DNA of 64,000 nucleotides from Escherichia coli (GTDB lineage Bacteria; Pseudomonadota; Gammaproteobacteria; Enterobacterales; Enterobacteriaceae): NCBI RefSeq assembly GCF_001677475.2, contig NZ_CP015229.1; one strand, 5' to 3'. Shown piece by piece: positions 1 to 11,127 of this stretch (position 1 is its first letter; each line of letters starts with the position of its first letter). The notes under the pieces were generated by a model. It saw only the letters and a program-made list of their open reading frames with translations, ran no database searches and was not told where the DNA came from. The position numbers and the translations under genes were made by a program.

Positions 1-477
1 CGGCCACGCCTGTGAATCTTCCGCCACGCTGACGCAGGTGCTGATATCACCATCGACTGTTTGATTAGACCAGGAGCGCAGCAGGATCACATCGCTTAAG
101 ATTTGTACCGGCAGATCGCCCCCCGCCAGCGCCTGCTGTTCGAGACGTTCGAGGCAGAGGTAGTTTGAGCGCCCTTTCAGCAACGCCACATTGCCCGTGT
201 ATTTCAATGCCTTTGAGACCGTTGGCAAATCGCGGCTGTAGAGCTGATCCTGCAACGCTTTTGAGCCGGTCGAGATAATGACTTTCTTTTTCGCCCGCAG
301 CGCAGGAGCCAGGTAAGCGTAGGTTTTGCCCGTACCGGTTCCGGCTTCCACCACCAGCGGCTGGCCTTTTTCTATCGCCTGGGTGACGGCTACCGCCATC
401 TGTCGCTGTGGTTCTCGCGGCTTAAAGCCTGGTATCGCTTTCGCCAGCTGACCGTCTGGTGCAAAATCGTCCGTCAC
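1..477 (-). CDS. yoaA: DinG-family ATP-dependent helicase YoaA, N-terminal part (gene continues beyond position 1)
   Basis: Hand translation of minus strand from GTG at 475-477: VTDDFAPDGQLAKAIPGFKPREPQRQMAVAVTQAIEKGQPLVVEAGTGTGKTYAYLAP..., Walker A motif GTGTGKT; open to window edge; not in ORF track because truncated. Confidence 0.8.
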   Translation of the reverse strand, partial: MTDDFAPDGQLAKAIPGFKPREPQRQMAVAVTQAIEKGQPLVVEAGTGTGKTYAYLAPALRAKKKVIISTGSKALQDQLYSRDLPTVSKALKYTGNVALLKGRSNYLCLERLEQQALAGGDLPVQILSDVILLRSWSNQTVDGDISTCVSVAEDSQAWP

Positions 478-608
478 ACTACCCCCTGTTGATTTGAACA
501 GGGATTATGTCAGGATGAGGGCGCTTTCGCCAGTTGAAGTGATGACGGCGACCTCACATTGTGGCAGTCTTTACAGCACGAAAATGGAAGTATAATGAGG
601 ACAAAATG

Positions 609-953
609 ATGACTATCGTTCGTATCGATGCTGAAGCCCGCTGGTCTGATGTGGTGATCCACAACAACACGCTCTACTACACTGGTGTACCGGAAAACCT
701 CGACGCCGATGCTTTTGAGCAAACCGCCAACACGCTGGCGCAGATTGACGCCGTGCTGGAAAAACAGGGCAGCAATAAATCGAGCATTCTGGATGCCACC
801 ATTTTCCTGGCTGATAAAAACGACTTCGCGGCGATGAATAAAGCGTGGGATGCCTGGGTTGTCGCGGGTCATGCGCCGGTGCGCTGCACGGTACAAGCGG
901 GTTTGATGAACCCGAAGTATAAAGTTGAAATTAAGATTGTGGCTGCGGTGTAA
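609..953 (+). CDS. yoaB: RidA/YjgF-family protein YoaB
   Basis: ORF 561..953; trimmed to internal Met (MTIVRIDAE...) giving 114 aa as remembered for YoaB. Confidence 0.75.
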   Translation: MTIVRIDAEARWSDVVIHNNTLYYTGVPENLDADAFEQTANTLAQIDAVLEKQGSNKSSILDATIFLADKNDFAAMNKAWDAWVVAGHAPVRCTVQAGLMNPKYKVEIKIVAAV

Positions 954-1374
954 GCTTTATCGAAGCAAAATAAGTCAGACGATAATTTATCGATAATACT
1001 GGTCGGTTTTACATAAATCGACCAGAGATTAAGATATTACTGTTGATGCTCCTGCTAATTCATTATTTATTTTTATAATTTCAATTTTAGCTATAAAACT
1101 AACTATATAAATAAACATAACCATGCCGTTGTGTTCGCCCTTCGATTAGCATCTCTGGTTTTCTTTCTTAGCTGAACAATTTGGTTATAGCGTGAGAACT
1201 GACCGTTAATTTTCTCCCTCTTACTGGATAACACACCATGAGCTGCTACCTTTAAAACACCTGAATGTCAACAAGTTAACTCGTGCCATATCGTTATAAT
1301 CCCTTTGATATTAGATGCAAATTAAGGTCATATATAGCCTTATCGATAACATGGTTAATTTTAAGGATAAGAAT

Positions 1375-1674
1375 ATGCCTGCTGTAATAGATAAAGCCCT
1401 GGATTTCATTGGTGCCATGGATGTATCAGCACCAACACCAAGTTCGATGAATGAAAGTACGGCGAAGGGAATCTTTAAATATTTAAAAGAACTGGGAGTA
1501 CCCGCGAGTGCCGCTGATATTACGACGCGAGCTGACCTGGAAGGCTGGAACCCGGGTTTCACGGAAAAAATGGTTGGATGGGCAAAAAAAATGGAGTCTG
1601 GTGAACGCATTGTGATTAAAAATCCTGAATACTTTTCAACATATATGCAGGAAGAACTAAAAGCACTGGTCTAA
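1375..1674 (+). CDS. yoaC: DUF1889-family protein YoaC
   Basis: ORF 1315..1674; trimmed to Met at MPAVIDKALDF (99 aa); AT-rich promoter-like region upstream. Confidence 0.7.
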   Translation: MPAVIDKALDFIGAMDVSAPTPSSMNESTAKGIFKYLKELGVPASAADITTRADLEGWNPGFTEKMVGWAKKMESGERIVIKNPEYFSTYMQEELKALV

Positions 1675-1702
1675 GTTAAATTTACATCAGCATAAATGGG
1701 TC

Positions 1703-1741
1703 AGGACGCTTTTAATCACATATGAAAAGCGTCCTTTTTCT
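1703..1741 (+). terminator. Rho-independent terminator candidate downstream of yoaC
   Basis: Inverted repeat aggacgctttt...aaaagcgtcct followed by TTTTT. Confidence 0.55.
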
Positions 1742-1793
1742 CACAATCAAATAACCATCGGCTTCTATAACGAAAGCGATACGGATAAGTGTG

Positions 1794-1973
1794 TTACTCG
1801 TCTTCATCCTCAAAACGCGCCACGATTCGCTCGCCGGAATGGTTGGCACGCAGCTCTTCTGCCACCAACGCGATTGCCTGGCCGCTGCTCATCCCTTGAG
1901 CCATCAGTTCCTGGATCCGCTCGACAGCTTTTTGCTGCTGTTCATGGGTGAGTGAAGGTAAACCTGCAAACAT
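1794..1973 (-). CDS. yoaH: UPF0181 small protein YoaH (59 aa)
   Basis: Hand translation of minus strand: [17 protein letters not shown]...ARFEDEDE; below the 60-aa ORF-track cutoff. Confidence 0.7.
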
Positions 1974-2046
1974 TGTTAACTCCTGCTAAATTGTTGGCGC
2001 TAATTATTTCATGCTACCCGGCACATAGCCAGTAGAGTCAGGACTG

Positions 2047-3408
2047 ATGAAGACGTTATCTCCCGCTGTGATTACTTTACCCTGGCGTCAGGACGCCGCT
2101 GAATTTTATTTCTCACGCTTAAGCCACCTGCCGTGGGCGATGCTTTTACACTCCGGCTATGCCGATCATCCATATAGCCGCTTTGATATTGTGGTCGCCG
2201 AGCCGATTTGCACTTTAACCACTTTCAGTAAAGAAACCGTTGTTAGTGAAAGCGAAAAACGCACAACGACCACTGATGACCCGCTACAGGTGCTCCAGCA
2301 GGTGCTGGATCGCGCAGACATTCGCCCAGCGCATAACGAAGATTTGCCATTTCAGGGCGGCGCGCTGGGGTTGTTTGGCTACGATCTGGGCCGCCGTTTT
2401 GAGTCACTGCCAGAAATTGCGCCGCAAGATATCATTCTGCCTGATATGGCAGTGGGTATCTACGACTGGGCGCTGGTTGTTGACCACCAGCGTCAAACAG
2501 TTTCTTTGCTGAGTCATAATGATGTCAATACCCGTCGGGCCTGGCTGGAAAGCCAGCAATTCTCCCCGCAGGAAGATTTCGCGCTCACTTCCGACTGGCA
2601 ATCCAATATGACCCGCGAGCAGTACGGCGAAAAATTTCGCCAGGTACAGGAATATCTGCACAGTGGTGATTGCTATCAGGTGAATCTCGCCCAGCGTTTT
2701 CAAGCGGCCTATTCTGGCGATGAATGGCAGGCATTCCTTCAGCTTAATCAGGCCAACCGCGCGCCGTTTAGCGCTTTTTTACGCCTTGAACAGGGCGCGA
2801 TTTTAAGCCTTTCGCCAGAGCGGTTTATCCTTTGTGATAATAGTGAAATCCAGACCCGCCCGATTAAAGGCACGCTACCACGCCTGCCCGATCCTCAGGA
2901 AGATAGCAAACAAGCAGAGAAACTGGCGAACTCAGCGAAAGATCGTGCCGAAAATCTGATGATTGTCGATTTAATGCGTAATGATATCGGTCGTGTTGCC
3001 GTAGCAGGTTCGGTAAAAGTACCAGAGCTCTTCGTGGTGGAACCCTTCCCTGCCGTGCATCATCTGGTCAGCACCATAACGGCGCAACTACCAGAACAGT
3101 TACACGCCAGCGATCTGCTGCGCGCGGCTTTTCCTGGTGGCTCAATAACCGGGGCACCGAAAGTACGGGCTATGGAAATTATCGACGAACTAGAACCGCA
3201 GCGACGCAATGCCTGGTGCGGCAGCATTGGCTATTTGAGCTTTTGCGGCAACATGGACACCAGCATTACTATCCGCACGCTGACTGCCATTAACGGACAA
3301 ATTTACTGCTCTGCGGGGGGGGGAATTGTCGCCGATAGCCAGGAAGAAGCGGAATATCAGGAAACTTTTGATAAAGTTAATAAGATATTACGCCAACTGG
3401 AGAAGTAA
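2047..3408 (+). CDS. pabB: Aminodeoxychorismate synthase component I
   Basis: 453-aa ORF; chorismate-binding enzyme family; matches remembered PabB. Confidence 0.9.
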   Translation: MKTLSPAVITLPWRQDAAEFYFSRLSHLPWAMLLHSGYADHPYSRFDIVVAEPICTLTTFSKETVVSESEKRTTTTDDPLQVLQQVLDRADIRPAHNEDLPFQGGALGLFGYDLGRRFESLPEIAPQDIILPDMAVGIYDWALVVDHQRQTVSLLSHNDVNTRRAWLESQQFSPQEDFALTSDWQSNMTREQYGEKFRQVQEYLHSGDCYQVNLAQRFQAAYSGDEWQAFLQLNQANRAPFSAFLRLEQGAILSLSPERFILCDNSEIQTRPIKGTLPRLPDPQEDSKQAEKLANSAKDRAENLMIVDLMRNDIGRVAVAGSVKVPELFVVEPFPAVHHLVSTITAQLPEQLHASDLLRAAFPGGSITGAPKVRAMEIIDELEPQRRNAWCGSIGYLSFCGNMDTSITIRTLTAINGQIYCSAGGGIVADSQEEAEYQETFDKVNKILRQLEK

Positions 3409-3411
3409 GAC

Positions 3412-3990
3412 GTGGAATACCGTAGCCTGACGCTTGATGATTTTTTATCGCGCTTTCAACTTTTGCGCCCGCAAATTAACCGGGAAACCCTAAATCATCG
3501 TCAGGCTGCCGTGTTAATCCCCATCGTCCGTCGACCGCAACCGGGGTTGTTGCTGACTCAGCGTTCGATTCATCTGCGTAAACACGCTGGACAAGTGGCA
3601 TTCCCTGGAGGCGCAGTCGATGACACGGATGCATCAGTTATCGCCGCCGCGCTGCGCGAAGCTGAAGAAGAGGTCGCTATACCGCCTTCCGCCGTTGAAG
3701 TTATCGGCGTGCTGCCGCCCGTCGATAGCGTAACTGGCTACCAGGTAACCCCGGTGGTCGGCATTATCCCGCCTGATTTACCTTATCGTGCCAGTGAAGA
3801 TGAAGTTTCCGCAGTGTTTGAAATGCCGCTCGCCCAGGCATTACATCTGGGTCGTTATCACCCGTTAGATATCTACCGCCGTGGTGATTCACATCGGGTA
3901 TGGCTGTCCTGGTACGAACAGTATTTTGTATGGGGAATGACCGCAGGCATAATTCGTGAACTGGCGCTGCAAATTGGTGTGAAACCCTGA
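3412..3990 (+). CDS. nudL: Nudix CoA pyrophosphohydrolase NudL (YeaB)
   Basis: 192-aa ORF with Nudix box ([25 protein letters not shown]); 3-nt gap after pabB. Confidence 0.85.
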
Positions 3991-4173
3991 CTATACTTAT
4001 CTTTACATCTACAAAACACTACTTGAGACAATCATCGCAATATTAGTTAAATCGCGGTTTTTGATTAGTTTAATTCATGTGAATAGTTAAGCCAGTCGCC
4101 GCGTTCCCTCTTACACTATGCGCTGTTATTAGTTCGTTACTGGAAGTCCAGTCACCTTGTCAGGAGTATTATC

Positions 4174-5538
4174 GTGATTAGTCTATTCGACATGTTTAAG
4201 GTGGGGATTGGTCCCTCATCTTCCCATACCGTAGGGCCTATGAAGGCAGGTAAACAGTTCGTCGATGATCTGGTCGAAAAAGGCTTACTGGATAGCGTTA
4301 CTCGCGTTGCCGTGGACGTTTATGGTTCACTGTCGCTGACGGGTAAAGGCCACCACACCGATATCGCCATTATTATGGGTCTTGCAGGTAACGAACCTGC
4401 CACCGTGGATATCGACAGTATTCCCGGTTTTATTCGCGACGTAGAAGAGCGCGAACGTCTGCTGCTGGCACAGGGACAGCATGAAGTGGATTTCCCGCGC
4501 GACAACGGGATGCGTTTTCATAACGGCAACCTGCCGCTGCATGAAAACGGTATGCAAATCCACGCCTATAACGGCGATGAAGTCGTCTACAGCAAAACTT
4601 ATTATTCCATCGGCGGCGGTTTTATCGTCGATGAAGAACACTTTGGTCAGGATGCCGCCAACGAAGTGAGCGTGCCGTATCCGTTCAAATCTGCCACCGA
4701 ACTGCTCGCGTACTGCAATGAAACCGGCTATTCGCTGTCTGGTCTCGCTATGCAGAATGAACTGGCGCTGCACAGCAAGAAAGAGATCGACGAGTATTTC
4801 GCGCATGTCTGGCAAACCATGCAGGCATGTATCGATCGCGGGATGAACACCGAAGGCGTACTGCCAGGCCCGCTGCGCGTGCCGCGTCGTGCGTCTGCCC
4901 TGCGCCGGATGCTGGTTTCCAGCGATAAACTGTCTAACGATCCGATGAATGTCATTGACTGGGTAAACATGTTTGCGCTGGCAGTTAACGAAGAGAACGC
5001 CGCCGGTGGTCGCGTGGTAACTGCGCCAACCAACGGTGCTTGTGGCATTGTTCCGGCAGTACTGGCTTACTATGACCACTTTATTGAGTCCGTCAGCCCG
5101 GACATCTATACCCGCTACTTTATGGCAGCGGGTGCGATTGGTGCACTGTATAAAATGAACGCCTCTATTTCCGGTGCGGAAGTCGGTTGCCAGGGTGAAG
5201 TGGGTGTTGCCTGTTCAATGGCTGCTGCGGGCCTTGCCGAGCTGTTGGGCGGTAGCCCGGAACAGGTTTGTGTGGCGGCGGAAATTGGCATGGAGCACAA
5301 CCTCGGTCTGACCTGCGATCCGGTTGCAGGGCAGGTTCAGGTGCCATGCATTGAGCGTAATGCTATTGCCTCTGTGAAGGCGATTAACGCCGCACGGATG
5401 GCTCTGCGCCGCACCAGCGCACCGCGCGTCTCGCTGGATAAGGTCATCGAAACGATGTACGAAACCGGTAAGGACATGAACGCTAAATACCGCGAAACCT
5501 CACGCGGTGGTCTGGCAATCAAAGTCCAGTGTGACTAA
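4174..5538 (+). CDS. sdaA: L-serine dehydratase 1
   Basis: 454-aa ORF beginning [23 protein letters not shown]; Fe-S L-serine deaminase family. Confidence 0.9.
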   Translation: MISLFDMFKVGIGPSSSHTVGPMKAGKQFVDDLVEKGLLDSVTRVAVDVYGSLSLTGKGHHTDIAIIMGLAGNEPATVDIDSIPGFIRDVEERERLLLAQGQHEVDFPRDNGMRFHNGNLPLHENGMQIHAYNGDEVVYSKTYYSIGGGFIVDEEHFGQDAANEVSVPYPFKSATELLAYCNETGYSLSGLAMQNELALHSKKEIDEYFAHVWQTMQACIDRGMNTEGVLPGPLRVPRRASALRRMLVSSDKLSNDPMNVIDWVNMFALAVNEENAAGGRVVTAPTNGACGIVPAVLAYYDHFIESVSPDIYTRYFMAAGAIGALYKMNASISGAEVGCQGEVGVACSMAAAGLAELLGGSPEQVCVAAEIGMEHNLGLTCDPVAGQVQVPCIERNAIASVKAINAARMALRRTSAPRVSLDKVIETMYETGKDMNAKYRETSRGGLAIKVQCD

Positions 5539-5668
5539 TACTTCTTACTCGCCCATCTGCAACGGATGGGCGAATTTATCCCCGCTTTCTCGTCTGCTGT
5601 AATATTCCCCACTACACTTCCACTGTTGCGTCAGGCGTTTGTCGCCATACGCTTACAGGGTGGCCCGC

Positions 5669-7267
5669 ATGCAAAAAGCACAACGGATCATTAAAACCTA
5701 TCGCCGTAATCGAATGATTGTTTGTACGATTTGCGCACTCGTTACGCTCGCTTCGACCCTGAGCGTGCGATTTATTTCACAGCGTAACTTAAATCAACAA
5801 CGGGTAGTACAATTCGCCAATCACGCTGTAGAGGAATTAGATAAAGTACTGCTTCCCCTACAGGTAGGTAGCGAAGTCTTGCTTCCGCTGATTGGTCTGC
5901 CCTGCTCTGTCGCCCATTTGCCATTACGTAAACAGGCGGCAAAACTCCAAACTGTGCGATCCATTGGCCTGGTGCAAGACGGCACACTTTATTGCTCCAG
6001 CATTTTTGGTTATCGCAATGTGCCCGTCGTGGACATTCTGGCTGAACTTCCTGCACCGCAACCACTTTTACGCCTGACGACCGATCGTGCCCTGATTAAA
6101 GGCAGTCCGGTTTTGATTCAATGGACGCCTGCAGCGGGCAGTAGCAATGCTGGGGTCATGGAGATGATTAACATCGACTTACTGACAGCAATGCTGCTTG
6201 AGCCACAACTGCCGCAAATCAGTAGCGCCAGCCTGACGGTGGACGATCGGCATTTGCTCTATGGTAATGGGCTGGTAGATTCCCTTCCGCAACCTGAAAA
6301 CAATGAAAACTACCAGGTTTCTTCGCAACGCTTTCCTTTTACCATTAACGTTAATGGTCCGGGGGCTACGGCGCTGGCATGGCACTATCTTCCAACACAA
6401 TTACCGCTGGCGGTGCTGCTAAGTTTACTTGTGGGCTATATCGCCTGGCTGGCGACCGCTTACCGGATGAGTTTTTCCCGCGAAATCAATCTGGGCCTAG
6501 CGCAACATGAGTTCGAATTGTTCTGCCAGCCTTTGCTTAATGCGCGCAGCCAGCAATGTATTGGTGTAGAGATTTTGCTGCGCTGGAACAATCCACGTCA
6601 GGGCTGGATTTCACCGGATGTGTTTATTCCTATCGCGGAAGAACATCATTTAATTGTGCCACTGACCCGCTATGTGATGGCAGAAACCATCCGTCAGCGG
6701 CATGTTTTCCCAATGAGTAGTCAGTTTCATGTTGGCATTAACGTCGCACCCAGTCATTTTCGCCGTGGTGTGCTGATAAAAGATCTCAATCAGTACTGGT
6801 TTAGCGCTCACCCGATTCAGCAACTGATCCTCGAAATCACCGAACGCGATGCCTTACTGGATGTGGATTATCGGATTGCCCGCGAACTGCATCGTAAAAA
6901 CGTCAAACTGGCGATTGATGACTTCGGCACCGGCAACAGTTCATTTTCCTGGCTTGAAACATTACGTCCTGACGTGCTGAAAATTGATAAGTCATTTACC
7001 GCAGCTATAGGTTCTGACGCGGTTAACTCGACGGTGACCGATATCATCATCGCACTGGGGCAAAGACTGAATATTGAACTGGTGGCGGAGGGTGTGGAAA
7101 CGCAAGAACAGGCGAAATATTTGCGCCGTCATGGCGTGCATATTTTGCAAGGGTATTTGTACGCACAGCCGATGCCGCTACGTGATTTTCCCAAATGGCT
7201 GGCGGGCAGCCAACCGCCGCCCGCCCGGCATAATGGACATATCACACCCATTATGCCGTTACGTTAA
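5669..7267 (+). CDS. pdeD: c-di-GMP phosphodiesterase PdeD (YoaD), CSS sensor plus EAL domain
   Basis: ORF 5639..7267 trimmed to MQKAQRIIK (532 aa); N-terminal TM plus CSS-type periplasmic domain; C-terminal EAL signature (EITERD...DDFGTG). Confidence 0.8.
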   Translation: MQKAQRIIKTYRRNRMIVCTICALVTLASTLSVRFISQRNLNQQRVVQFANHAVEELDKVLLPLQVGSEVLLPLIGLPCSVAHLPLRKQAAKLQTVRSIGLVQDGTLYCSSIFGYRNVPVVDILAELPAPQPLLRLTTDRALIKGSPVLIQWTPAAGSSNAGVMEMINIDLLTAMLLEPQLPQISSASLTVDDRHLLYGNGLVDSLPQPENNENYQVSSQRFPFTINVNGPGATALAWHYLPTQLPLAVLLSLLVGYIAWLATAYRMSFSREINLGLAQHEFELFCQPLLNARSQQCIGVEILLRWNNPRQGWISPDVFIPIAEEHHLIVPLTRYVMAETIRQRHVFPMSSQFHVGINVAPSHFRRGVLIKDLNQYWFSAHPIQQLILEITERDALLDVDYRIARELHRKNVKLAIDDFGTGNSSFSWLETLRPDVLKIDKSFTAAIGSDAVNSTVTDIIIALGQRLNIELVAEGVETQEQAKYLRRHGVHILQGYLYAQPMPLRDFPKWLAGSQPPPARHNGHITPIMPLR

Positions 7268-7270
7268 CGC

Positions 7271-8827
7271 TTACTCATCTTCATCGTGCGCCGGTTGCTC
7301 TTTAACAATGCGAACCAGATCAACACGATAATCATTGGCTTCAATGATGGTGATATGCAGTGGCCCTACATCAATCACATCCCCCACACGGGGAATGTGA
7401 CCATTTGCCGAGATCACGAGGCCCGCGACCGTCGCGATATCATCGTCATCGGCAAGGTGCTCAACATCAAGCGCCTGCTGCAAGGCATGCAAATCTGTAC
7501 CGCCTTTTACCAGCCAGCCGTCACCATCGGTAATGATTTCCGGCGTTTCGTCAGCGTCCGGGAATTCACCCGCAATGGCTTCCAGCACATCCAGCGGCGT
7601 GACCAAGCCTTGTACCACACCAAACTCGTTGGTCACGATAACAAAGCTCCCGCGAGCACGACGCAGCACGCCCAGCAGGTTGATCGGATCGAGGGTTTCA
7701 GGGACGATAATCGCCGGAGACGCCGAAGCAATCGCCGCCACATCAACGCCCTCTTCCAGCGCCACCAGCAGTTCTTTAGCACGTACGATTCCGATGATTT
7801 CATCCAGTTCACCGCGACATACCGGGAACAGGCTGTGCGGTGAGGAGAGCAGCTGCTCGCGGATTTCATCGACCCCGAGATTAGCGTCAACCCAGCTTAT
7901 TTCACCGCGCGGCGTCATGATCCCGCGCAGAGAACGCGACGCCAGCGTCAGTACGCCGTTAATCATGTAACGTTCTTCTTCGGCAAATGCACCTTCCGGG
8001 ATCGGCATCGGCATCGGGTTATCGGCATCGTGCTGAACATTGGCCTGACGTTTCCCGCCCATCAAACGCAGGATGGCATCGGCAGTACGCGCTCGCAGCG
8101 GCAAAGTCGACTGGTGACGAATAAAGTTGCGACGCGCAATCTGGTTAAACACTTCGATGATGATCGAGAAGCCAATCGCGGCATACAGGTAACCTTTCGG
8201 AATGTGGAAACCGAAACCTTCTGCCACCAGACTCAGACCAATCATTAACAGGAAGCTCAGACAGAGCACCACCACCGTGGGGTGCTGGTTAACGAATCGC
8301 GTCAGCGGTTTCGATGCCAGCAACATAACCGCCATCGCAATCACTACCGCCGCCATCATCACCGGCAGATGGTTAACCATCCCTACTGCAGTAATTACCG
8401 CATCCAACGAGAAGACGGCGTCAAGGATGACAATCTGTGTGACGACCACCCAGAAACTGGCGTAGCCTTTACCGTGGCCGGAATCATGATCGCGGTTTTC
8501 CAGCCGTTCATGCAGTTCGGTTGTTGCTTTGAACAGCAAGAATATCCCCCCGAACAACATAATCAGGTCGCGTCCGGAGAAGGAGAAATCCATGACGGTA
8601 AATAGCGGTTTGGTCAGCGTGACCATCCATGAAATCAGCGACAGCAGCCCCAGACGCATAATCAGCGCCAGTGATAATCCCAGCAAACGCGCTTTATCGC
8701 GTTGTTTTGGCGGCAGTTTGTCAGCAAGAATGGCGATGAAGACCAGGTTATCGATACCCAGCACAATTTCGAGAACAACAAGCGTGAGTAGCCCCGCCCA
8801 AATTGAGGGGTCCATTAAGAATTCCAT
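7271..8827 (-). CDS. yoaE: TerC-family membrane protein with CBS/CorC domains YoaE
   Basis: 518-aa ORF; N-terminal TerC-like TM region, C-terminal CBS pair and CorC/HlyC domain. Confidence 0.85.
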
Positions 8828-9068
8828 GACAAGCTCCTGCTTAAGGAATAGCTATTCGACGCCAGAAATAATGCAGGCGTAACGACAAAATGCAAACGAA
8901 AGGTGCGGCATAGAGTGCCAGAAAGGCAGGCGTTAAAAGGCCTGATGCTGAAATGACGTCGGTGACGATCCATACTGCGGGCTACTGCCCTATACTCCAT
9001 GGTTGTTAAACGGGAGTTAAACATATCAGAGACGCCTCTGATTTGGCAAAGATTTACCTTCCTTTGCA

Positions 9069-9289
9069 AACGAATGTGACAAGGATATTTTACCTTTCGA
9101 AATTTCTGCTAATCGAAAGTTAAATTACGGATCTTCATCACATAAAATAATTTTTTCGATATCTAAAATAAATCGCGAAACGCAGGGGTTTTTGGTTGTA
9201 GCCCTTATCTGAATCGATTCGATTGTGGACGACGATTCAAAAATACATCTGGCACGTTGAGGTGTTAACGATAATAAAGGAGGTAGCAA
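9069..9289 (+). promoter_or_regulatory. manXYZ promoter/leader region (expected Mlc and CRP control sites; not individually mapped)
   Basis: AT-rich intergenic region upstream of manX containing palindrome-like tttcgaaatttctgctaatcgaaag; Shine-Dalgarno aggagg before GTG start. Confidence 0.4.
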
Positions 9290-10261
9290 GTGACCATTGC
9301 TATTGTTATAGGCACACATGGTTGGGCTGCAGAGCAGTTGCTTAAAACGGCAGAAATGCTGTTAGGCGAGCAGGAAAACGTCGGCTGGATCGATTTCGTT
9401 CCAGGTGAAAATGCCGAAACGCTGATTGAAAAGTACAACGCTCAGTTGGCAAAACTCGACACCACTAAAGGCGTGCTGTTTCTCGTTGATACATGGGGAG
9501 GCAGCCCGTTCAATGCTGCCAGCCGCATTGTCGTCGACAAAGAGCATTATGAAGTCATTGCAGGCGTTAACATTCCAATGCTCGTGGAAACGTTAATGGC
9601 CCGTGATGATGACCCAAGCTTTGATGAACTGGTGGCGCTGGCAGTAGAAACAGGCCGTGAAGGCGTGAAAGCACTGAAAGCCAAACCGGTTGAAAAAGCT
9701 GCGCCAGCACCCGCTGCCGCAGCACCAAAAGCGGCTTCAACTCCGGCAAAACCAATGGGACCAAACGACTACATGGTTATTGGCCTTGCGCGTATCGACG
9801 ACCGTCTGATTCACGGTCAGGTCGCCACCCGCTGGACCAAAGAAACCAATGTCTCCCGTATTATTGTTGTTAGTGATGAAGTGGCTGCGGATACCGTTCG
9901 TAAGACACTGCTCACCCAGGTTGCACCTCCGGGCGTAACAGCTCACGTAGTTGATGTTGCCAAAATGATTCGCGTCTACAACAACCCGAAATATGCTGGC
10001 GAACGCGTAATGCTGTTATTTACCAACCCAACAGATGTAGAGCGTCTCGTTGAAGGCGGCGTGAAAATCACCTCTGTTAACGTCGGTGGTATGGCATTCC
10101 GTCAGGGTAAAACCCAGGTGAACAACGCGGTTTCGGTTGATGAAAAAGATATCGAGGCGTTCAAGAAACTGAATGCGCGCGGTATTGAGCTGGAAGTCCG
10201 TAAGGTTTCCACCGATCCGAAACTGAAAATGATGGATCTGATCAGCAAAATCGATAAGTAA
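9290..10261 (+). CDS. manX: PTS mannose transporter subunit EIIAB
   Basis: 323-aa ORF, GTG start, MTIAIVIGTHGWAAEQLL...; Ala/Pro-rich linker between IIA and IIB domains. Confidence 0.9.
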   Translation: MTIAIVIGTHGWAAEQLLKTAEMLLGEQENVGWIDFVPGENAETLIEKYNAQLAKLDTTKGVLFLVDTWGGSPFNAASRIVVDKEHYEVIAGVNIPMLVETLMARDDDPSFDELVALAVETGREGVKALKAKPVEKAAPAPAAAAPKAASTPAKPMGPNDYMVIGLARIDDRLIHGQVATRWTKETNVSRIIVVSDEVAADTVRKTLLTQVAPPGVTAHVVDVAKMIRVYNNPKYAGERVMLLFTNPTDVERLVEGGVKITSVNVGGMAFRQGKTQVNNAVSVDEKDIEAFKKLNARGIELEVRKVSTDPKLKMMDLISKIDK

Positions 10262-10323
10262 CGTATTGTGTTGATTATCACTCAGTTTTCACACTTAAGT
10301 CTTACGTAAACAGGAGAAGTACA

Positions 10324-11124
10324 ATGGAGATTACCACTCTTCAAATTGTGCTGGTATTTATCGTAGCCTGTATCGCAGGTATGGGATCAATCCTCGATGA
10401 ATTTCAGTTTCACCGTCCGCTAATCGCGTGTACCCTGGTGGGTATCGTTCTTGGGGATATGAAAACCGGTATTATTATCGGTGGTACGCTGGAAATGATC
10501 GCGCTGGGCTGGATGAACATCGGTGCTGCAGTTGCGCCTGACGCCGCTCTGGCTTCCATCATTTCTACTATTCTGGTTATCGCAGGTCATCAGAGCATTG
10601 GTGCAGGTATCGCACTGGCAATCCCTCTGGCCGCTGCGGGCCAGGTACTGACCATCATCGTTCGTACTATTACCGTTGCCTTCCAGCACGCTGCGGATAA
10701 GGCTGCTGATAACGGCAACCTGACAGCGATTTCCTGGATCCACGTTTCTTCTCTGTTCCTGCAAGCAATGCGTGTGGCTATTCCGGCCGTCATCGTTGCG
10801 CTGTCTGTTGGTACCAGCGAAGTACAGAACATGCTGAATGCGATTCCGGAAGTGGTGACCAATGGTCTGAATATCGCCGGTGGCATGATCGTGGTGGTTG
10901 GTTATGCGATGGTTATCAACATGATGCGTGCTGGCTACCTGATGCCTTTCTTCTACCTCGGCTTCGTAACCGCAGCATTCACCAACTTTAACCTGGTTGC
11001 TCTGGGTGTGATTGGTACTGTTATGGCAGTGCTCTACATCCAACTTAGCCCGAAATACAACCGCGTAGCCGGTGCGCCTGCTCAGGCAGCTGGTAACAAC
11101 GATCTCGATAACGAACTGGACTAA
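10324..11124 (+). CDS. manY: PTS mannose transporter subunit EIIC
   Basis: 266-aa polytopic membrane ORF, MEITTLQIVLVFIVACIAG. Confidence 0.9.
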   Translation: MEITTLQIVLVFIVACIAGMGSILDEFQFHRPLIACTLVGIVLGDMKTGIIIGGTLEMIALGWMNIGAAVAPDAALASIISTILVIAGHQSIGAGIALAIPLAAAGQVLTIIVRTITVAFQHAADKAADNGNLTAISWIHVSSLFLQAMRVAIPAVIVALSVGTSEVQNMLNAIPEVVTNGLNIAGGMIVVVGYAMVINMMRAGYLMPFFYLGFVTAAFTNFNLVALGVIGTVMAVLYIQLSPKYNRVAGAPAQAAGNNDLDNELD

Positions 11125-11127
11125 CAG

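Noticed and set aside
510-896. 128-aa minus-strand ORF overlapping yoaB
   Set aside because: Antisense to the recognisable yoaB frame and running into the yoaA/yoaB divergent promoter; no recognisable protein features.
4327-5079. 250-aa minus-strand ORF (and neighbours 4320..4505, 4728..5048, 5115..5347) inside sdaA
   Set aside because: Lies fully inside and antisense to the well-recognised sdaA frame; low-complexity Arg/Ala-rich translation typical of GC-rich antisense frames.
8001-8030. Short tandem repeat considered as possible CRISPR or regulatory repeat
   Set aside because: Only about 4 units of 6 nt, in-frame within yoaE coding sequence; no spacers, no cas genes.
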